Shown: positions 51,699-63,438, counted from the first letter of the stretch. The stretch: DNA of 64,000 nt from Paraphysomonas bandaiensis (GCA_965644295.1 CBFFRP010000123.1:186001-250000); one strand, 5' to 3'. Translations and numbers: made by a program. Notes: a model not told the origin generated them from the sequence alone.

Positions 51699-52868
51699 AT
51701 GTCAATGCAAGTAGAGTCTATGTGTGACTTAGGGGCTGGATTGTCGGCTTTGTCGAGCTTTTCCTCTGTTGCCTCTTGTTCAAGTTTGAATCTGGATTGT
51801 TTTGATTTTCTGAATGAGTTGAGTGTCGATGTTGACACGCTATCGTGCGAAAGTGATTGTGAAGAAAATGGTCCATCTCCTTGTGGTGTCAAGACAAGGG
51901 ACAACTGGCTTGACTGTGGCTACAAGGATGTTACCGACAGAGCCAGAACTATTCTAACAGCAAGTTCCTCTGAATGCGACAGTGTATCCGAGGAAGTCCC
52001 TTACCGTCAAGCTACAGTAGCTGGTTCACACTGTGTTGAATCATCTCGTTCTTGCTCTCATTACAATAGCATTCATAATAGTGCGACGCCAACCTTGGAG
52101 GCCGTTCCCACTGCAGTTGTTGACATTGGAGGGAATATCACGACACTACTGCCGCTGAATAGCCTTGACAAGCAGCGTTTCATTGCTCTTGCAAATTCTG
52201 GTTTATCCATATCTGTGCCGATTAAAGTGCAATATGGTATCCACAGTATGGATGAAACTGCTGCAGGGAAGACCAAACCCGCTATGGCAGTTGAGACAAC
52301 GCAAAGCTACCAGGCGCCTCCTAAACTCGCCCCGAAGCATGTGTATAAGACCCAAAGTGGAACATATCGTGTTAGAATCAGTAAACACTCTGAGACTTCG
52401 GCTAGTGGCATTTTTAGCCGGAATGTGCGCTCTCAGATGGACGCTCTCTGGCTTTGTGAATGTGTGTTAATGCTCATTGACAAACCCAACAAACTGGCGA
52501 CACTAATACGAAATGGGAATTATGATTATCTCGTACAGGAATCTATAGTGATTTCAGAAGAAGACTACTCTGCGAAGCTTGTTTTTCATTTCAATGACCT
52601 TGTGGATAGACGTATCCTCACGGTTGCTGAAAGCGAATCAATCCGGGAAGTATTTTGTGGTATGCCAACAGTTTCTCTTCTACCCTCTGTCTCGTCGCTT
52701 CACACTGGTAATGCTAACAGCAACATACAGGAGCAGGAACAAGAAATGGAGAAACGCAAGCAGTCATTCTTGGAGAAAGCGAAAAACTCCTTTTCGGAAA
52801 TGACTTCATTATTTACAGGTTTGCAGCGCAGAAAACGTAGGCGCATGACAACTTCCACCAAATTTTAA
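51699..52868 (+). CDS. Intronless unknown protein with an AP2-like DNA-binding motif and a basic NLS
   Basis: 389-aa ORF; KHVYKTQSGTYRVRISK...FSRNVRSQMDALWLCE; C-terminal RRKRRR. Confidence 0.7.
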   Translation: MSMQVESMCDLGAGLSALSSFSSVASCSSLNLDCFDFLNELSVDVDTLSCESDCEENGPSPCGVKTRDNWLDCGYKDVTDRARTILTASSSECDSVSEEVPYRQATVAGSHCVESSRSCSHYNSIHNSATPTLEAVPTAVVDIGGNITTLLPLNSLDKQRFIALANSGLSISVPIKVQYGIHSMDETAAGKTKPAMAVETTQSYQAPPKLAPKHVYKTQSGTYRVRISKHSETSASGIFSRNVRSQMDALWLCECVLMLIDKPNKLATLIRNGNYDYLVQESIVISEEDYSAKLVFHFNDLVDRRILTVAESESIREVFCGMPTVSLLPSVSSLHTGNANSNIQEQEQEMEKRKQSFLEKAKNSFSEMTSLFTGLQRRKRRRMTTSTKF

Positions 52869-53834
52869 TATGAGACACCAGTCAACATCACATGTGTATA
52901 CGCCTATTTCTGTATACGCCTATTTCACATGTTTTTATTACGTATCCATTATAGTATGGTTTACTGTTGTTTTGCTTCATTTTTCCATGTGGTGTTTTCG
53001 TATCTATGAGCCATGCAGTACTAGCTACTATCTAATAGATTTTCGTAGAAAAATCTGGTGTGAAGTCTCATCATTAACTATTTCCATTTTTTTTTAATAA
53101 TCTTCTTAATAGCCATTGCTACTACAACATTAATATTATGCTGTCGCTTACAGAGCCTAGCCCACAATGGAGACGTTTGCTATAGTAGATGAGATTGCCT
53201 TAAGGTGCCTTATGTAGTTCTTTGGAGAAAGTATATGCACCGGCCTTCAAATGAAAGTTATATATTGATGTTGATTTCATGAATTTATTTAAAGTGACAC
53301 CATATTAAACCTATATATCGAAAAGTATGCATACTACTATACAGCTGTATATATAGTACATTTGTACATTGATATCGTTGATATAGTGCAGTGTATAATG
53401 AAATCCTTCTAGTTGAATAGTTTAATGACACATCCTTCATAGTTGACTGTGTTTGCATCTGACAATGATAATATACACGCTTTGCTTTAGCGGGAACAAA
53501 AGTCAGAATATTCTTTGACTTTGAATACGTATTCAAAAGCTACTAGTCACCTTACCTTATCCAATATACACAAAGCCTTCAAGTTACATATATATAGCTC
53601 TATATGACTGAATCACAATAACCAAAGAACGTCATATCGGTCATAATTAATGATAGTAAGGTTCCGAATTCTCATTATGTAAAGCTGTAGTAATCCATGA
53701 TTAGTCATAATCTTCGGAGTAACAGATATCCGCAGTAAACAAATTAATCAGCTACAGTCACAGAAGGTTCAACAAGAAGAGTGTATTGATTGGTATGGAT
53801 GGAGAGGGTTGGTAATAAGATACATAGATATGTA

Positions 53835-54025
53835 CTGGGCGGGTTACTCCATTCATGGTGTACATATAGACGTATGGCGGTATTCGTAGTAAAACCAGAA
53901 CTATCGGCAGTAGGCATCTTATTTTTCGTGAATATATTGATGCAAACTTTCTCTATATTACAGTGATACAACTACGGCTTGAAACAGGTAATTGTTGACT
54001 CTTTGAACAAAAATATACAAAGGAG
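53835..54025. repeat. Dispersed repeat family C, second copy
   Basis: Matches 27010-27190 in the same orientation. Confidence 0.7.
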
Positions 54026-54208
54026 AGCTGTATATTGTACTCTGCACTCTGCCAATATGTACAGCTGTACGTACAGAGTGTACTATACGACCATACGTAC
54101 TATATGATATGTACGTACATTGTTGTATGTACTGCAGCACAGGAGCTGATTCACAATGAAGGTCTATGATCTCATATAAACCACCATTAACAAGCACATC
54201 AAAGTAAT

Positions 54209-55790
54209 ATGATACGTTTTCTTATACACTCTCTCCTCCTAGCACTAATCATCCCATCTAGTGTCTATGGAGGTAACATTGAACATGTCATAGTTCTCAT
54301 GTTAGAGAACAGAGCCTTCGATCATATGTTGGGCTACATGAAGACCGATAACCCTGATATTAACGGATGTCTTACAGAAGATGGAGATATCTGTTCAAAC
54401 CCTATGGACCCTCATGATCCTTCTTCATCTCTTGTATATGTGGATTCTACTGCTGTGTATCAACAGAGTGACCCGAGTCACTCTATATCTGGTACCACAT
54501 CGCAGGTATATGGTGCATCGGATTCTACGCCTGATATGAAGGGATTTGTGGCTTCCTACACTTCAAGAACGGATACCTCTACGGGACCTACTATTATGAA
54601 GTGCTTTGCTCCAGATCATGTTCCAGCAATCACTACTCTGGCTAAAGAATACGCCATGTTTGATGGGTGGTTTGCTTCTGTTCCGGGCCCTACTCAAGTG
54701 AACCGGGCGTATGCTGCCAGTGCAACCAGCAACGGAATGGGCACAAATGACGTAGAGCTCATGATACGTGGTTTCCCTCAGAAGACAATGTTTCGTCAGA
54801 TTGAAGAGATGGGACTTGACTACAGAGTATATTTTGAGCAGATTCCCTCTGTACTGGAATTCAAGGATATGCGCAGACAGTACGCCAGAAAGAGCTACAG
54901 ATATCTTGACAAACTTTACTCTGACCTTGCAGCAGGGGATATGCCACAGTACTCCTGGGTTGAGCCCAAGTACTACGACACGCCACTAGGTATGTATATT
55001 GGGCACAGTTGCAGTGATATTAGCTTATGTTATTCATTACCGTGTGTTTAGGCCCAGCCACGGACCAACACCCCGATCATGATGTGTCAGCTGGAGACCA
55101 GCTTATCAAAGACATCTACGAGTCCCTTCGCTCCAGTCCCCTATGGAACTCTACTGCCCTTGTAATTACTTACGACGAACATGGCGGGTTCTTTGACCAC
55201 GTTCCACCTCCTACTGGAGTGCCAAACCCTGACGGGAAGAACGCCACTGATGATCCGTTTGACTTTACTCGGCTTGGAGTACGAGTGCCATCAGTTGTTG
55301 TGTCTCCATGGGTAAAGAAAGGAACGGTAGTTCACAGCAAGCCCCAGGGAGAAGGCCAATATGAGCACGCAAGCATCATCTCCACAGTTGTGCATAAACT
55401 GTTTCAGCCTATTGAAGGTCATGAAAAACCGGAATACCTGACTGCCCGAGACCAATGGGCGGCAACTTTTGAATGGCTCTTTGACGAGCTGGATGAACCT
55501 CGTGTGGACTGTCCTACTACTCTTCCGGAAATCCCGTCGCATAGGTACCACTCAACGTGTATCTTTTGTGTTGTTTATATGCATTGTGCAGAGAACTTTT
55601 TCCCGGGACCTTACCAGAGCTGAATGGTCAACAAAAGGTGACGGAACTTCAAAGAGAATTTTTGGCTGTGGCGGCTGGAGCGTCCAACGACAGGAACTTC
55701 GACTACGGTGCTACCGAAAAATGGACAGAACTGGATGCTGCAAAGTATGTGGAGGATCGTATGAAGATCTTCTTCAGTAATTTGGATTAA
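54209..55790 (+). CDS. Secreted non-specific phospholipase C (phosphoesterase family), 3 exons
   Basis: Signal peptide; IEHVIVLMLENRAFDHMLG, WFASVPGPTQVNR, DQHPDHDV, TYDEHGGFFDHVPPP, RLGVRVP. Confidence 0.93.
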
Positions 55791-56189
55791 GTTCCGTGCT
55801 TGTGAAATCAATCACCTAGTACACGTTAAATTTATGCATATTTCATAGTACTATGGTGATTTATATAATCCACATGATAATTTTGTTCTGCTTAACGTAA
55901 CTATGTGTTATATTGAATTGTCGGGAGTACATAAATTTCATTGTACCCACGTCCTCATTGTTATAACCATCTTTTCTCGTTTGTCCTATTGTTAATGATC
56001 ATAAATTGCAAAACTACGGTGTAGTATAATAGAATTTGAGGTCTACAAAGTGGCGATATTAGAGTACATAGGTGAAAAAAAGTGCATCACAAGTGAATAA
56101 ACTTCACACTTCACAGGCATTGTATGAACTTAAATATATATTTCTAGTAAGTAAGTGATAATATACCTTATATCTTATGTGTTCCCTCT

Positions 56190-57180
56190 GTGTTAAGAGT
56201 TTACAACAAAATTAACTTAACATAGTGTACAGTAATACGGTAATACTCAATTATTAAACTTATAATTAACATATCTCATCATTATTTGATCTCGCTATAA
56301 TTATATTCTCTTAACTAGCAATCAAAATTATCAGATCTTATACAGACACGATTATATATAGACACGATACAGTCTATATATTTTATTTTCACAACATAAC
56401 TCACATCATACCTTAATGTTGTACTGCTAACCACGACTGCATTATTCACGTAAATACCTTGAGCAGTAGTGTCACATACACGATTCACACTGGTCACTCT
56501 GGACTCAGTACCAGCACGATGGGTAACACTCTTAACTCTAGCCTCACTAGCAGGTTTAGTAGTTACACTGCTCGTATGTAGAAGGGACTCTTCCTCGGTG
56601 TCTCATCCGCAGTAGACTTGTTGGGTGTGTCTCATAACAAAGCCGGCGTTGATATGAACCCATCCATCTCATCGTCATGAATAATGGGAGTTTAGTGCCG
56701 CCTTCAGATAAGATGGCTTAACTCAGTAGCAGTTCGAGCCTGCGGGTCACTCTTGACTCCTGCAATTTCATCATTGCATACAACATAAATAGCATGTCCA
56801 CCGCAATCTCGACAAATCTAGTACTGAACCACCACGATTGGTACAAGAGGACATAATTGTAATAATCAGACGAGAACAATTCACTAGATGTACCACTGTA
56901 GTTTCATCTGCTAATGCATTCTGCCATGAGGATGTATTTACTATCAAACAGAGAGCTTTCTTTTTTTCTTCAATTTCTTGGTTTTTCAGGGTCATCGTCC
57001 TGAAAATACCGTTTTTTTGTGGATAGTACTGGTTTTCACTTCCTCCTACAGAGTACATGTTTCGAACGGCAGTGGTCGTCGTTAAATAGTGACGTCAAGT
57101 TACTGTACCATCTCTATCAAACTTCGGGACCTGTTTCCATACTAACTTGTAACTATCACTCGCTACCATGTCAAGTTTTC
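56190..57180 (-). mobile_element. Degenerate, internally deleted LTR element (PBS, decayed gag-like start, eroded 3' LTR)
   Basis: ACTTGACA|TGGTAGCGAG at 57170-57159, then a VPKFD-like codon run; family B sequence at ~56430-56190. Confidence 0.6.
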
Positions 57181-57277
57181 ACATTATTGAAACCTTCCAA
57201 TTATGTTAATTGTTGAAATGGCAGCGGATGGTAGTTACAACTCGGACTGAAAACAGGTCCCGAAGTTTGAACAAACG

Positions 57278-57565
57278 TATCAACTTTAATATAGTAGTAT
57301 GCGTAAAGTTAAACAACTGAACGTTAAACTCACACATTCACACAGTAATATATTATTATAATAGTATTATCTGAAGTACCAATCAATATTATCATATCTT
57401 AGATAGACACGATCTTGTACAGTCAATATATTTCAGTTTTACAACAGATTATATTTCATCAGTTCATCATACTATTAGCCACTATTATATTCTTCAAGTA
57501 ACTGTCATAATTCAAATAGATTAGTAATGCAGCTATTAATCGCCCTCAAACTGCAAAGCTCAATA
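57278..57565 (-). mobile_element. Family B LTR downstream of the copia ORF (candidate 3' LTR)
   Basis: TATTGAGCTTTGCAGTTTGAG start and internal blocks match the LTRs at 761 and 37612. Confidence 0.6.
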
Positions 57566-57867
57566 AAACTGATTTGTTCCCATTCACTAGAGAGATATCA
57601 TGCTAGCTTATATCTCTGTATAACTGTATAATGCATTGGCAGTCTGAGTTGTTGATACTATATCAATATTTCATCAACATGCAAGTTCCTTTGTATAAGT
57701 CCTTTCTCAAACACATTCTCATGTGAGAAATTCTGTTAATCAGAGTAGCAGTCACTAGTCAATAATAAGCGAACTGCAGAGATGCTGTATTGTGAGACCA
57801 TCCTTCTAGTCCAGCATCATGATGTATTGAATAAAAGTAAAAAAAAATGGTAAAAACTCCGTGTAAC

Positions 57868-60800
57868 TCAAACTAGCCACCTAGGTCGCTTGTGGCTTGT
57901 TAATTGTGATTTAGGGGTCTCTGATATTGTTGATCGCTTTCTGTTGTTGCTGGATGGGATGTCGAACCCAGCTCCCCCCATCAATGTAGTTCGCAATTGA
58001 AGAAAATTAGTTGCTCCTAGTGGTTTCGTGAGAAGATCGGCTAACATTGACGTGGTGGGAATATGGTCAACAGTCAATTGGTTTTCGGCAATATTTTCTC
58101 GAATGAAATGATACCGTATCGCAATATGTTTCGTACGACGATGATGAGTAGGATTGTAACATAATTGGACTGCCCCTTTATTATCGCACCAAATAGTTGT
58201 TGAGAATGGAAGTTTGAAACCAATTTCGGATAATAAAGAGCGTAGCCATAATGCTTCCTGAGCTGCTGACGATAAGGCCATATACTCAGCTTCAGTAGAT
58301 GACAATGCCACAGTTGTCTGTAATCGAGATTGCCATGATATAAGACAATTACCTATGAAGAATGTAAAAGCTGTAGTGGACCGTCGAGTGAGGTGACACC
58401 GTGCCCAATCGCTATCGCAGTATCCTGATAATGTTATGTGGGATCCAGAATATATCAATCCTTGCTTAGCAGTGCCTTTGAGATACCTAAGAACATGTAA
58501 CGCAGCATTACAGGTAGTTAGATTAGGCATATCAGAAAATCTGGCAAGAGTATTGACTGCATAGGCGATATCCGGTCGAGTGCATACAGCTAGATACATC
58601 AGGGAACCTATGAGCTCCTTGTAGGGGAAATTCTGAACATAACTTTGATTTGACTCTGAAAGATGATTGTATTCATGTAAATCATAGTTGAAAGACAGTA
58701 ACATAGGTGTTGACATGGGTTTACTGTCGGACATGTTGAATTTGTCCAGTAGTTTTCTGACATATTGCTCCTGACTGAGAGTTGTGATATTTTTGTCAAA
58801 ATCTTGATGAATGGAGATGCCCAAGTAATAATCTAGGAGTCCGAGATCCGTAATTTCGAACTTTTTGGATAAATGGTCTTTGAATTGTTGGATATCAGTG
58901 TCGGATGTAGATGCTATAATAATATCGTCCACATACATGGCTATTAGCATAATCCTGCCATTAATCTGCTTTTTGAATATACACGGGTCAGATATTAGTC
59001 TGGTGAAACCCATATCTAGCATAAAATTTGTACAGCACTTATACCAGTTAAGACCTGCTTGCTTTAGACCATAGATGCTTTTCATCAGTTTGAGGACTTT
59101 TCCGTCAGGGACGTCCATGCCAGGAGGGGGATGCATGTATATGTCCTCTTCGAGGTCAGCATTGATGTACGCAGTTGTGAAATCGATTTGGTGCAATTTG
59201 AGTTTCATAATAGTCGAAAGGGCAATAATTGTACGTAGTGATGTAGCCTTCGCGACGGGGCTGTATGTATCATTGTAATCGATGCCTTGGATTTGAGTAA
59301 AACCCTGTGCGACTAGTCGAGCCTTGAATTTGATATCATTCTGTTTTCTTTTTATTTTGAATATGAGTTTCCCCTTTATGGCTCTTGCTCCAGGTGGTAA
59401 CGCAGTGTATCTCCAGCACCCTTTCCTCTGAAGAGTGGATATTTCTCTATTGATAGCATCGATCCACTGCTGTTTATATTTACCTGAAATAGCATCTTGA
59501 ACACTCTTTGGTGTATCGGTTAGCTCGTCAATGTCATCGCAATTACTGATAGCATGCATAACAATATCAATATTGTTTGTATGTAATTTTGATATACATT
59601 GTGTGTCATGTGCCATATGATTTACTACATGTTTAGCATTTACATCACATGTATATACACCATCACCTAGTTTGTGTATATTTACAATTACCCGTTTCCT
59701 GGCCATTCTCCTGCTTCGGAGAACACTCTTTCTACCAGCTAAAAATTGTTGTTTTGCTGTAGCACGGACCTTACTTGGCCCTTCAGGTGTACCCTGATTT
59801 TTCCAATCTCCCGATGAATCAGCAGGCTTGTTGCAGCGTTTGGCCACACGCTGACGCACACGATCCACTTGACCGTGTGGTGCCGGATTCGGCACTAGAT
59901 TCCCATTGAATTTTTTCGGAGGGCGAGTCTTCGCTATCTTTGCATCGGAGTGGGTAGGTTCACATCGATGGCTGCTGATTCTCTCCTGCGCGGCATCATG
60001 ATGTCTTAGATTCACGCCACTCCCCCTGGAAGTAGCGCCTGGCGCTGGAGATCCATTAACCGTATCGGGGTCTCGATCTGATTTGCTGGATTTATGTATT
60101 GGATTTTTCGATCGAGAAGTATTACATTTGAGACCAACTGCTTTGAGTTCAATGTAGTCTTCAGTATATCTTTCGACGTCTGCAGCATGAATGGGGTCTT
60201 CGAGCTGGATGAGTCGTGTCTTGTCACCGCTGTCGTCCACTAGACCACGATACGCTGCGATTAATCCTTTTCTGAGCTTTATTTGAGTCGTTACATATGT
60301 TAATCCATCGTCTGGATCTACATGAGCTAGACCTATGAGATATTTGAAACTTTCTACTGTCCTGGTGGTCTCATTCTCCCTGAAGATCTCATTTATCTCC
60401 TTAAAATATCTCTTATCCGCTGGTGGAACACATTCGTTGAAAAATACATGTCCTGATATAACAAAATCTCTTAATGCGGGAACAAAGACTATATATCCAG
60501 GACCATCCTCTCGATAGCCCATAAAATACCCAGGCCAGCTATGTCTGTCCCAGTTGTTCTTTCGGAGACTGGAATCGATATTCACAAAGCATTTACATCC
60601 CCATATTCTGGCATAACTCAAGTCTGGTATTTCGTTTTCGATGAATTGGAGTGGGGACATAAATCCTTTAGCTGTTTGACACGGTAACCTGTTCTTGATG
60701 TGTATTGTCGCCCTTGAGGCTTGTTCCCAGAAATTCGGTGGGAGTCCAGAGTCGATAAGGCTGCTGAGTGCTCGTTCTTTAGTTGTCCGCCATGATCGCT

Positions 60801-62862
60801 CTTGGAATGGGTTATCCTCGGGGGTATACGGGGAGTTGAAAGTCCATGTAGCCCCTATTGATTGAAGATACTCTAGAACTTTTCTTGATACCAGCTCCTT
60901 CCCCCCATCCGCATGATAATGTTGTAGTCGTTTGCCTTTACTATGTAGATACATGACAACTTTCTGGATGGATTGGATGACGAAATCTTCATCTCTCGTT
61001 GGTCCGTAGGAGTCCCATTGGTGTCTGGAAGCTACATCTGTCATCCCGAGTATGTAACGGTTGCCAGTAATGATTGCCTCTGGTGCATGGGGTCCAGAAA
61101 AATCGGCTACTACTAGCTCCCCCAGCTCATTTGCTCTTCTTACACGCTTGAGCAGCATTTGTCTGATAGCGTGTCTATGTTTTCGGCGATGAGATTTACC
61201 ACTAGCACAACCATCACATAGGCCACCCGGTAAAGAAGTAGCATTCATCTCCGACTTCGTTAACTTAATACCCGTTACTAATTTTGACTGTACAGCTTTC
61301 TGTATGAGTCCAATTGAAGAATGTGCCAATCTCTTATGTGCTAGAGTTGCGAGTGGGCCTGAAGCAGTTGAAGCAAGGTGGGATACGTCAATAGGAGTAC
61401 CGAGGTCTGTTAACGGAATTTCATATAGGCCTCCAACTCTCTTACCCTTTGATAGCAGTATTTCATCTTTATATATCTCAACTGATTGGTTTCCGAACAA
61501 GATTTTATACCCTAGGTCATCTAATTGGCTGATGGACACGAGTGTCCTTGAAGCATGGTCCACGTGCTTGCACTTGGGGATAATACCAAGTCTTCCATGT
61601 CCTGAAGAGGTCATAGTCGATCCTGACTTAGCTGTTTGAATGTCGGTGAGGCATTCCTCATAATTGGTGATGTATCCGGCTTCAGGTGTAATGGAGACTG
61701 TGCAGCCAGAATCAAGGGTTCCCATTCCGGCTTCTTGATCAAAAACGAAGTTTGTTTCGTCGTTTGTTGGATATCCGACTCCTCCGAAGTCTCGTCCTTT
61801 CTGTTGTAATGGACCACTGTCTTCATAATCTGCAAACTGGTCGGAGTCGTCGTTTTCAGTGCTCTGGTGGGTCTGGAATCTAACTTTTTTGAATTTCCTA
61901 CTGGTTGATTTGTTTCCAGAGGAACTCTTCATTTGTTGGATCCTTTCCCATGAGTGTTTGCATTCTGAAGCGATGTGTCCTTTTCCATCGCATCGGAAAC
62001 ACTTAATGTCCTTGTCAGCTCTCTTGTCATGTTTCGGTTTATTGGAACGGTTTCTGAAAGATGTCCCCTTTTTGCGTTTAGAATTCACTTTATTTCGGGA
62101 AAACGGGGGTTTTGAGGCTGCAAGCTGAATACTGTCGGTTTTTGTTTCTTCGTTGCTTGACAAGAGCATTCCAACAGACGAGCTTCCTAATCCGCGTAGT
62201 CTGCGTATGAGTGTTTTGTAGTCATCGATAGGGTGCATCTGCAGGTTGATCGCCAGTTCACGATACGTCATATTTTCTTTGGATACCAGGCCTTGTCGAA
62301 TGCGTGATATGAGATCTTGGTCACTTATCCGATGACCATAATTAATCAGCTTGTTTCGGAGCTTTTCGACAGCGTCAAGAAAGTTGATTATCGACTGACC
62401 TTTTTTGATTTTTATGCTCTGAAACTGGCCAATCAGATCGGTGATTACATCGTTAGTCGTTTTTTCTTTGAAGTGGTTGAGCAAGTCCGTCCAGGCGGTT
62501 TTACCGTCTCCATCGGGGACGTTCTCCAAAATCCCTTCAGCCTCTTCATTCTGACCAATGATAGAGCTTGCAATGACTGACCATAGGTAGTTATTACCTT
62601 CATCATAATATCGTTTCGCATCCTGATACTGTTCGAGTCGATACTGGTAGTCCTCGTCATCTGAGTTTTCTCCTGCTTCAGGCTCAATTGGATGATCGTT
62701 CTGTAGAGTATAAACGATCTTAGGCTTGCGATAGAACCATGCACGGCACTTCTTCTGCCACCTGGAGAAGTTCTTCGCATCGAATTTTGGCATTGAGTCC
62801 TTTCGCTTGTCGGTTGTCGAATCCGAGTCGGTTGAGTCGTAACTTGTAACTTGAACTGACAT
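57868..62862 (-). mobile_element. Ty1/copia retrotransposon gag-pol polyprotein, uninterrupted 1664 aa
   Basis: PKFDAKNFSRW gag; CFRCDGKGHIASEC knuckle; LDSGCT protease; HKRLAH..CDGC; DFSGP..DGGKE..ER integrase; YVDD RT; DSDWA/EAEY/DNKGA/ADLLTK RNase H; IN precedes RT. Confidence 0.97.
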
Positions 62863-62872
62863 CTCGCTACCA
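62863..62872 (-). promoter_or_regulatory. Primer-binding site TGGTAGCGAG (probably initiator tRNA-Met)
   Basis: TGG start is complementary to tRNA CCA; the same 10-mer follows LTR ends at 37931 and 57168. Confidence 0.75.
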
Positions 62873-63438
62873 AATAAAGAATTGATCTTTATAATAGTAA
62901 AACAATGTTGTGATTATTAGAGTGTAAGTAATGAACACGATAGAGTGAAAATTATGAATAACAATATAGAACGTACTATCATGCACAACGGAATAGTTAG
63001 AAGTGTAACTGATAATGACGACGTTATGATGACGATCACGTATCTTCGACAGATACTCTCTCTAATTCAGTTCATGGTATATTTCATTGAACATTATAAC
63101 TCACAGATACAATCATGTGTTAAGCTGAATCCTAATAAAACCCAATACACCATTAATTAGCTGAAATTGTCACATCAGCAACCAGTGATTTTCTACCATC
63201 ATCCTATATCATATTATTTCCTTTTATCTAGAATACTTTATAAACCCGCTCTTGCCACACAGTATGCATGTAAGCTTTCGACACTAACTGTTATAAACTA
63301 AAAGGTATTACAAGCGACAGCAGATGGTGTAATATATAATACATCTGTCATAACAGCTGCAACAAGAAACTATTCGCTCTGTAGACATTCCTGCTTATTA
63401 ATAACACACCCGCACATTAATTCTAATATTAACTAAAA

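Noticed and set aside
57968-57982. GGGGGAGC-TG (minus strand) near the copia ORF end as PPT plus 3' LTR start
   Set aside because: The sequence after it has no counterpart upstream of the PBS, so it could not be confirmed
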